NCBI RefSeq assembly: GCF_018350175.1
Contig: NC_058373.1
Location: 105,154,001 to 105,218,000 of the forward strand
Length of the DNA: 64,000 bases
Origin: Felis catus
Taxonomy: Eukaryota
Direction of reading: 5' to 3'
In this document: piece by piece, positions 54,159 to 64,000 of the stretch
Numbering within the stretch: the stretch's first letter is position 1
Layout of the letters: each line of letters begins with the position of its first letter
The notes under the pieces: model-generated
Database searches by the model: none
What the model saw: the letters and a program-made list of their open reading frames with translations, nothing else
Told to the model about the DNA's origin: nothing
Position numbers and translations under genes: made by a program

Positions 54159-55968
54159 GTAAAAGGATAGATTTCCTTTTCCGTTTTTTTCCCCCTTGTA
54201 AAATACACATAACAGAATCTAGCTCTTTCTCTCTCTTTAGTTTAAGTGTACAGTTCTGTGGCATTAGATACATTCACATTATGCAGTTATCACCACCATC
54301 CATTTCCAGAACTTTTTCATCTTCCCCGGTTGAAACTCTGTACTCATTAAACACTAACTCTCCATTTCTCCCTGCTCTAGTTTTTTTTTTTTTTTTTTTT
54401 TTTTAATGTTTATTTATTTTTGAGAGAGACGGAGAGAGAATGCGAGTGGGTTAGGGGCAGAGAGGGGGAGACACAGTATCCGAAGCACGCTCCAGGCTCC
54501 GAGGTGTCAGCACAGAGCCTGACGTGGGGCTTGAACTCATGAGCTGCAAGATCATGACCTGAGCCGAAGTCGGTCGCTCAACTGACTGAGCCACCCAGGC
54601 GCCCCCCCTGCTCTAGTTTTATGATTGACTTATTTCAGGTAGCAGGTCTTCATGGCTCATCTGTGTTGTATGTGTCAGGAGTTTCTTTATAAGGATAAGA
54701 TTTTAGGTTTTTAGCTTTTAAGATGTTCATTGATTTTTTTAAAAGATACTTTTTTTTTTTTTTTAATTTATTTATTTTTGGGACAGAGAGAGACAGAGCA
54801 TGAACGGGGGAGGGGCAGAGAGAGAGGGAGACACAGAATCGGAAACAGGCTCCAGGCTCCGAGCCATCAGCCCAGAGCCCGACACGGGGCTCGAACTCAC
54901 GGACCGCGAGATCGTGACCTGGCTGAAGTCGGACGCCCAACCCACTGCGCCACCCAGGCGCCCCTAAAAGATACTTATTAAATAAACTTACATTTTTTTC
55001 TTCTTATTATTATTTAAAAAAAATTTTTTTAATGTTTATTTATTTTTGAGACAGAGAGAGACAAAGCATGAACGGGGGAGGGTCAGAAAGAGGGAGACAC
55101 AGAATCTGAAACAGGTTCCAGGCTCTGAGCTGTCAGCACAGAGCCTGACGCGGGGCTCGAACTCACGGACCGCGAGATCATGACCTGAGCCGAAGTCAGC
55201 CGCTTAACCGACTGAGCCACCCAGGCACCCCCATTTTTTTCTTATTATTTTGATTATTTCATTTTAATTAGTTTTTCCTTCCAAATTAGGCTAGTAGTGG
55301 AATCTTTAAAATCCAGAAAAAGGTTTGCAGTGGTAATGGTAATGTTTTTATTACTAACCTATTGCATAAATTTGGGATTAAGTACTTAAAAAAATTTATA
55401 AATTCTGAATTTAAGTTTTGAATAGTCTGGTAAGATAATAGATTAAAAAATTAAAAATATGCTTTGAAGAAATTAATGTAGTGACATTTTTTATGTAGTT
55501 TTATTTTTATCCACAGTTTTCTCTTTTGAATTTGAGCAAATGGCTCCAATTTGGCCTCACGTGTTTTTTATTATATTTTTTCCCCTAGGGTCTAGGGTTA
55601 TGACTATTTGAAAAAAAATATTTTTTAATGTTTATTTATTTTTGAGAGAGAGACACAGAGTGTGAGCAGGGGAGGAGCAGAGAGAGAGGGAGACACTGAA
55701 TCCAAAGCAGTCTCCAGGCTCCGAGCTGTCAGCACAGAGCCCGATGAACCCATGAACCACAAGATCATGACCTGAGCTGAAGTCAGATGCTTAACTGACT
55801 TAGCCACCCACGTGCCCCGGGTTATGACTATTATTAATCAGTCATTTTGTAGTCATTTAGTAGATCACGGCTACTACTCACATTTTTTAAAATTAAGAAA
55901 TCTTATTGCTGAATTCCTAAACATTTTTAAAAAGCTTTTTTTTTTTTGGTAGCTTTATTAAAATTTAA

Positions 55969-56085
<117 letters not shown>

Positions 56086-59000
56086 TAAGTTTCATTTACA
56101 AAAATTAAGTGGGCCATTTCTTATGTTTTTATATGGTTCTCAAAGATTAGTTTCATTTTTCAATGTGTGAAATACGTATAAAGCATTTTTTATGGTGCTG
56201 GACACATAAAATACTCAACAGCTATAACAATTTTTAGTACAGAAGAAGTACTGTTCTAAGCATTAACTCAATACTCACAAAATCCAATGAAGTATATTCC
56301 ATCACATCTCAATTTTACAGAATCCCCATGTTATAGATGAGGAAACATGATGGCACATCATAGATGTGCACACAGAGATGCGTATAGATGAGGCACAGAG
56401 AGATTGATTTTTCCGCAGGTCATTTAGGAAGTATTCACTGGGCTAGGATTCAGACCCAGGCAGTCTGCCTCTAGAATTTGCTCTCTTAATCACTTCACTA
56501 TACTACTTGTAGCAATGGTCAAGTAGTTCCGAATACGTAATACTTACTATTTACTATCCAAGGACGTTTAGACTTTTCCTTGTCAAGATTTAAGAAAGGG
56601 ACAAGGTTAGCATCTGGATGGAGTGAAGGGAGACCACGGCTACTACTCCATCTAAATGTTCCCTCCCAAGTATTAAGGTATCCCTTAAATACCAATGAAA
56701 TACGAACCAACCCTGACAACAGCACCATGATAAGCATATGTCTTCACTTCTCTGGAGGCAATTTTTTTTTTTAATTTTTTTTTTTCAACGTTTATTTATT
56801 TTTGGGACAGAGAGAGACAGAGCATGAACGGGGGAGGGGCAGAGAGAGAGGGAGACACAGAATCGGAAACAGGCTCCAGGCTCTGAGCCATCAGCCCAGA
56901 ACCTGACGCGGGGCTCGAACTCACGGACCGCGAGATCGTGACCTGGCTGAAGTCGGACGCTTAACCGACTGCGCCACCCAGGCGCCCCTGGAGGCAATTT
57001 TTATTATTATTGTCATTAGTGGAGATGGGATGAGATACATATCCTTAGGTTAAATGTATCCTACTCCTGAAATGGTACAGTCTGGAAGGCCCCTTAGAAA
57101 ATAAGAAAAATGTTTACTTCATTTTGAATTCTCATTTTATTAAAAAAGGAAATTTTATATTCAGTAAATGGAAAATCAGTATGGTGTTTTCAATAATAGA
57201 ATTTAAATAAATAAACTATTTATAACTATTAAATAAAAACTGTTTAAAAGTTTATTATTTTTTCACCTACAGTTGTCCATGGCATACATATTATGCACTG
57301 GGAAGCATTGGACTAACAAAAGTAAATACTATCTCTAAAACACAAGGGGGTGATCACCTGAGCCAGCCAGAGTTTAATAGCTGGTTGTTTGTCCTCATCA
57401 TGTTTTTCCTTTTTACCTTTGTTCACCAAACGATTCCCAATATGTGGTATAGTGGTTAGGAAAGGAACTTGGATGGTAAATTATATCCTGGAGTTTATAA
57501 ATATATAAGAAAAAGTGAAAGTAAGGGCATGAGTTGTGGAATGGTGTTTCAAAGTCTATAGTTGAACCAAAAATCACAGATTACATCTGACTCATTTGGA
57601 CAGACAGTGATTACCACTCCTTCCAGCTGACCCCCAGAAGAAGAGGTTGCTTGCAACCATAGTAGGGACCTTATCAACTTGTTTTCAAGTTAGAACTCTT
57701 CGAACTGAAATCTCTCAGAACTCTCAGATCAGGGAGGGAAAAGTTGTTCATTAACAAACAGACAGTGAACAGTAATTGAACACTACACTTCTTAGTAGGT
57801 CTCTTCCCATTCAGAATGAATGAACAGAATTCGAAAGCAAAAACAAACTAGGAAAGGCGTCGAGAAGCTGACTGCAATGTATAGAATAATAACTGAATCA
57901 GAAATACAGAAATGACCCCTGTTGGGCTAAAAGACAATCTAACTATGTCTCAAGAGATAGATTTTGCTGTAGTCAATGTCACTTGAATTTATTGTGGTTT
58001 TTAAAAATGTTTATCTGTTTTTGAGAGAGAGCACATGGGAGAGGGGCAGAGAGAGAGGGGGACAGAGGACCCAAAGCAGGATCTGTGCTGACAACAGAGA
58101 GTTTATATGTGGGGCTTGAACTCACCAACCGTGAGATCATGACCTGAGCCGAAGTTGGATGCTTAACCAATTGAGCCACCCAGGCGCCCCTTGAATTTAT
58201 TGTTTTTAGAGAATAGTAGATGGAATTTGGCAAAGTGATCCTAAAATTTACCTGGAAGGACATACAGTTGAGGATATATATACATAATAATTACATACAT
58301 ATGGAATACACATAGTTGAGAATAGCTAACATGGGGGGAAAGAACTTGAATGTTGGAAAATTTGCCCCATTTGATATGATATGCTCTAAAGCTGTACTAG
58401 TAAAAAGTAATAGACTGGAGCCAGGAATGAAGAGTATGGCCAGAGCATCTAGAACAGGGTAGAATGCCCTTACTGTGTAGCTGGAGAGGAAGCAAGGGGC
58501 TAGGTTATAAACTTTAAAGAAGAGAAGTGACAAATCATCTTAAAATGTTAAATTATGATATATAATTCTTAAAAGACTCATTCAGATAACAGTTATCAAA
58601 AGATGGATCAGGGGGTGCCTGGGTGGCTCAATCAGTTAAGCATCTGACTCTTGGGTTCAGCTTAGGTCATGATCTCGTGGTTCGTGGGTTCAAGCCTGCA
58701 TTGGGCTCTGCATTGCACTGACAGCACAGAGCCTGCTTAGGATTCTCTCTTTCTCTCTCTCTCTCTCTGTCTCTCTCTGCCCTCCTCCTCCTAAAAAAAA
58801 AAAAAAAAAATAGATGGATTGGAAGAGGACTGAACTATTCAGTCCAGGAAACCAACTGGCTACAAATTTTGTAGGCATCTCTTTGAGAGAGATTCAGTTG
58901 GTCCTCAATACATTGGAGGATGGTAGAGTGAGGGCATGCTGGTTTGGAGAAGAGTAGACGGATTGGAAGATGACTTAGAGATGGAATTGACAATTAGATG

Positions 59001-61809
59001 TGAGCATGAAGAAAGAGCTAAGGATGAATCCCAGATTTTTGGTTTGTATAAATGCATGGTCAGTAGTAGTGTTCACTGAGAAAGGACTCTGGGGCGCCTG
59101 AATGGCTCAATGGGTTAAGTATCTGACTCTTGATTTTGGCTCAGGTCATGATCTCAGAGTCATGATATTGAGCCCCATGTTGGCTCTGCACTTGGTGCAG
59201 AGCCTGCTTTGGATTATCTCTCTCAAAATAAATAAATAAACTTTCAAAAAATTCTAAAAAAAAAAAAAATTGAAGAAAAAATTTCTTCTTTCCTGGTTTT
59301 TTACACTTCATAGCTATTTACATTTGTTACATTGAGGACTTAATTTGATAATTAGAAAAAATAAAACTTAAAAGCCTATAAAGAAGTTGATGTCTAGTTT
59401 TACCTTGTGATTTCTCTTGTTGGTTAATTTACTTTCGCTTTATTTATTTTAATGTTTATTTACTTTTGAGACAGAGACAGAGTGTGAGCTGGGGGGGGGG
59501 GGGGGGCGGTCAGAGAGAGACACACACACAGAATCCAAAGCAGGCTCCGGGCCCTGAGCTGTCAGCACATAGCCCGACGTGGGGCTTTAACTCATGAACT
59601 GTGAGATCATGACCTGAGTGGAAGTCAGCCGCTTAACCAACTGAGCCACCCAGGCGCCCCTCTTGTTGATTAATTTAATGTAATCATGTAGAATGAACGA
59701 TCTTAAAGGGTAAACACATTCAGACTTAAGACAAGAATAGTAAAAGGCAGGAATATCTGAATTATATTTTTTTCAACGCCACTTACTCCGATTTATATTG
59801 AGAGCCTGCTATATGCTTAGTTCTTTCTTACTTGCTGTCTGGCATTTAAGAAATCCCCCTTCTCTGCCCCCACCTCCGCCCCAGATTGCTTAGAGCTTAG
59901 TTGGGGAGAGAATATGTACGTATGTGGAGGAATAAGTGATTAGAACTGTGATAGGAAGCAGTATTGCATTTAATAGATTACGAAACTGTTCTGCATAGAC
60001 ATTTAAACCATGGGATGGCTGCTTATCAAGACTCAATTGTGTAGTGTGGGCAGTAAAAGCAAAAGGAGCTAGGAAGGGACAGATCAATTGGAAGTGTTTA
60101 AAGACAAGGTTTTGAAAAGGGGAAGGCTTGTGTTGGATCTTAAAGAAAGTTGAATGGAGGAAGGTTGAGAGATCAGTGAGAAGCATGGAGTCAGCTGTGG
60201 GAAGGGTGTGGTGTAGCCAGTGAGGAGCAGTGTGACTGCTGAGAGTTGTCTGTGAAGTGATAGGAGGCGAGGGCATGGCCAGAGGATAGTATGTGTGGAA
60301 GGTCAAACAGAAGAAATTAGCCTACCCATTTGTCTCTAAGGAATAATTTTAGATTGTTGAATGGTGGAGAAACGTATTTGGGAACTTTTTAAATCAGTAA
60401 AATCTGCAAGAATGAAATAGTTGGCCAGAGGTGATGAAGTTGGGTTTTTTTTTGTTGTTTTTTTTTTTTTTTGTTTGTTTGTTTTTTTACCAGAGAAGGA
60501 GAAGCACGAAGGGAGAAGTACTATTCTGAGAGAGTGAGATGTTGTGGGAAGATCTCTAGGATCTTACTAACCCTACCTTACTGTTCTGTGACCTTGATCA
60601 AGTAAATCCTGTTACCTCTGTGAACCTCCGTTTCATCTATAAAATTAGGAAGTTAGGATCGGTGGCCTTTTGGGTTCCCCCTGCCTCTGTAGTTCTGTGA
60701 CATCATTCCTGCAATTGTGATGAAATAATTGACAAAACTTGATGACTCCATGGGGTGTGAGAAGGTAAGTGGAAGATAGAGAAGTGGAAGATAATGTCAA
60801 AATTTTGAGACAGATGCTCTTAGTCAAAATGAGGAAATATCAAAGCGAGTAAGCTTACGAGCTGCTCTGGGTCTTCTTAGAGATCAGCTGGAAAGTCCAG
60901 CAGCTAGAGATGGAGTGCATTCCTTCTGATCTTATTTGGACTTCACTAGGGACTCTGGTTTTGTCAGTGGTTCCTTTTTTATTTATTTATTTATTTTTTA
61001 AATGTTTGTTTATTTTTGAGGGAGAGAGAGACAGAGTTTGAGCGGGGGAGGGGCAGAGACACAGAATCTGAAGCAGGTTCCAGGCTCTGAGCTGTCAGCA
61101 CAGAGCCCAACACAGGGCTTGAACTCATGAACCGTGAGATCATAACCCTAGCCAAAATCAGTTGCTTAACAGACTGAGCCACCTAGGTGCCCCATCCGTG
61201 GTTCCTTTCTGTCTCTGTCTGTCTGTCTGTCTGTCTCTTTTTTTCAGGCCAAATATAGAACACAATCAACCAGTTTTGTTTTGTTTTGTTTTGTTGGTAT
61301 TTAGTTAAATCTTTCATTATAAATATGTATCTATTTGCTCTCATTTTTAATCCAGGCTGCTTAAAACTGTATTTTGTGCCCCGTTTTAACAAATTGTGTG
61401 ACATCTATTAAACTTAAATGAGCTAGAATTAAAAACAGTTTTTAGCAGTTTTAAAAATTTATCTTAGTTTGTCTTTCTTTGGAAGTAACACATAGTACTT
61501 GAATTCTTAGAACTTTTTCTACATGATTTGCATTCATACTTCTTGATTATGTATCTTGGTAATTGTGCTCATGTCTTTTTCATATATGTAAGCCTTATTA
61601 TCTGAAATATCAAAGCCTTCAGGGAATTATTTTATTTCTTTAGTGTTTAGTTAGTGACTTGACCTTTCATAGATTTCATGAACCAAATGACTGGTAAGAT
61701 CCTTATAGGGAAAACCAAGTGATTTAATGTTTTAAAAAATCTAGAAAACCCACCTTCAGCAGATTACCACTCTAGGTGCTTCTTGAAATGGTTCCATGTA
61801 GCTTGCTGA

Positions 61810-62049
<240 letters not shown>

Positions 62050-62189
62050 TGAAATGTAAAATTATTTATTAGGAACTGATTCTACAAGTGATTGTATCCA
62101 ACTATAGACTAAGGTTGTTCTAGTTGCTCTCACTTTGAAAGAATTTTCCTGTTGGTGGTTGTATATTACCTCTCAGGCATTGAGACCTA

Positions 62190-62212
62190 CCCCCCCCCCC
62201 CCCCCCCCCCCC
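62190..62212. repeat. Poly(C)23 tract
   Basis: Read directly from the sequence. Confidence 0.9.
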
Positions 62213-62774
62213 GCCATGCTGTGATAATGCTAAAGGACCAAGGACTGCCTGGATGTAGCACTGATCCAGGCTCATCCAGGGAGCCCCCAAGTCCTGGGCA
62301 ACCTGGGACAACTGCTCATCCTTATTTTGGAAAGGCACCCCAAGATTGTGCCACCTGCCTCAGTTTGCAAATGGGAAAACTGAGAAACAGAGTGACACAA
62401 GTCCCCAGGCTAATAGGTGGCTGATCTAAGACTAGGATTCCAGGCTGCTGACCTAATTCAGTCTGAGATGAGTGAAGTTTCTAAAGCTAATTTGTTGTGT
62501 TATTTGCTTCTTTTTAATTACTGTTTATTTTATTTCTGGAATTATAAAAATTCTTTTGTTGCAAATGTGTTATTTTCTTAATGAGAGAAAAGATCTACTT
62601 CAGAATAGCTATCTTTTGCCTTTTATTTCTGTGATTCTAAAAATAAAGGTATAAAATCATCAGAGATTTAGAGAGTAAAAATCCGGTTTGATCATTTTTA
62701 TTAGAAATCACTTTAAACAACATTTCTAGTAACTGATCGTATTTTTTATATCCTTTGATATTTTATTATTTTAG

Positions 62775-62996
62775 GTACAGAGTGATTTGGAAGCAAAAGT
62801 CAATTCTGTTACAGAATTACTCAATAAGTTACAGGAGACTGATAAACAGTTACAGCGTGTTACAGAGCAACAAACAAGTATTCAGAATAAACACGAGAAA
62901 TTACATTGTCATGATCATGAAAAGCAAATGAATGTTTTTATGGAACAGCACATTAGGCATCTTGAAAAATTACAACAGCAACAAATAGATATTCAG
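62775..62996 (+). CDS. KIAA0586: KIAA0586 coding exon 6 (coiled coil); gene continues beyond the window
   Basis: Acceptor tattttag| and donor CAG|gtatct. Encodes [33 protein letters not shown]...[12 protein letters not shown]. Confidence 0.93.
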
Positions 62997-63292
62997 GTAT
63001 CTATAATAAAGCCAGCACACATCTCATGGTTTTTTATCACTCGCGTCCCTAAACTGATATTTGTTGATAATTGCAGTAATAGCTCATTAGATTGTTGCAG
63101 CTTTAGTTCTTAAATAATGATTTACTTATTATCACTCTTCCTCTCCATGTGGAGACTTCTCTGCACATTCAAGTTCAAGTATCATTAGTTCTGTAAGACA
63201 CTTCCTTAGAGTTGGCTTTTCCTTCTTTTGTGGTATTTCTGTTCATACCATTTTTTCAATGCTAATATTACATTGCCATGACTTGTTTACAT

Positions 63293-63452
63293 CAGTGGTT
63301 GTTAGCCTGAGAATGTGCATCAGAATCACTTGAAATGCTTTCTAAAAATACACATGCTTGTACCTCTCAGGGATTGAGACGGCAGGTCTGAGATGGGACC
63401 TGGGAATAGGAAGTTCTGTAATGATTCTGATGAGATGAGTAACCAGCTGGTA
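63293..63452. mobile_element. MER5-like hAT-Charlie MITE
   Basis: cagtggtt...tgcatcagaatcacttg...aggtctgagatgggacctgggaat...atgattctgatg. Confidence 0.65.
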
Positions 63453-64000
63453 TACACATTGCTTCTGCATTTAATTAATTAAAAGAATGAACATAGTTAA
63501 TTGCCTTTTGAATACGAGGCACAGGGATATTATAAAAAGAAGAGTTATCCTCACAAGGAGCTGATAGTACAGTTTCTTATTTATTTCTGAATTTCTAAGT
63601 CCTGGGATAGTACCCCGCACTCAGGGGCTATATATATACACACACATTTTCTTTAAGTGAATGAATGACCTGCACTATAAATGCATTGGTTTTAATTTAC
63701 TTTTATTTTTGTCTAATTAATGTGTACGTTTAAGACTTAAAAAAATTAAAATATCACATTCAGAAGAATACAGAAAAATAAGTTTTTTATAACTCAGTAT
63801 GTTAACACAGAGTAAACACTAATCTGCTATAATTTTCAAAACTTCTTAATAGAACTTGGCTTGAGCTTTCCATGTAGTTGAGATTTTATTTTCAGTGGAG
63901 TGGTTATGGCCATACAAAGTAAGGTTTTAGTAAGTACTACATGCACAACTAAAATTGTGTATGCACCATGGTGTCTCATGAGAAGCTAGGAGTGGGTCTG

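Overview
Mammalian genomic DNA, very probably from a cat or other felid, judged by about 40 tRNA-derived carnivore SINEs (CanSINE/SINEC), many of the young feline type. Four protein-coding genes were reconstructed exon by exon from GT-AG junctions and recalled orthologue sequences: the last five coding exons and 3'UTR of ARID4A (+, 1-~11550), complete TOMM20L (+, 5 exons, 149 aa), complete TIMM9 coding sequence (-, 89 aa, twin CX3C) and the first six coding exons of KIAA0586/TALPID3 (+). TOMM20L and TIMM9 are tail-to-tail. TIMM9 and KIAA0586 share a CpG-island promoter head-to-head. The rest is mostly LINE, SINE, LTR and DNA-transposon relics. The most notable items not explained by the ORF track are: (1) a sense-strand processed HSPE1 (Hsp10) pseudogene filling most of a short ARID4A intron and bringing poly(A) signals; (2) a 128-codon alternative frame that stays open across spliced TOMM20L exons 1-4 from a strong-context upstream ATG; (3) a 61-bp insertion apparently templated from 2.26 kb away; (4) a fold-back/template-switch scar with a perfect 15-bp-arm hairpin. 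I found no convincing evidence of a wholly new multi-gene system. Repeat family names and orthologue comparisons are from memory, not database searches.
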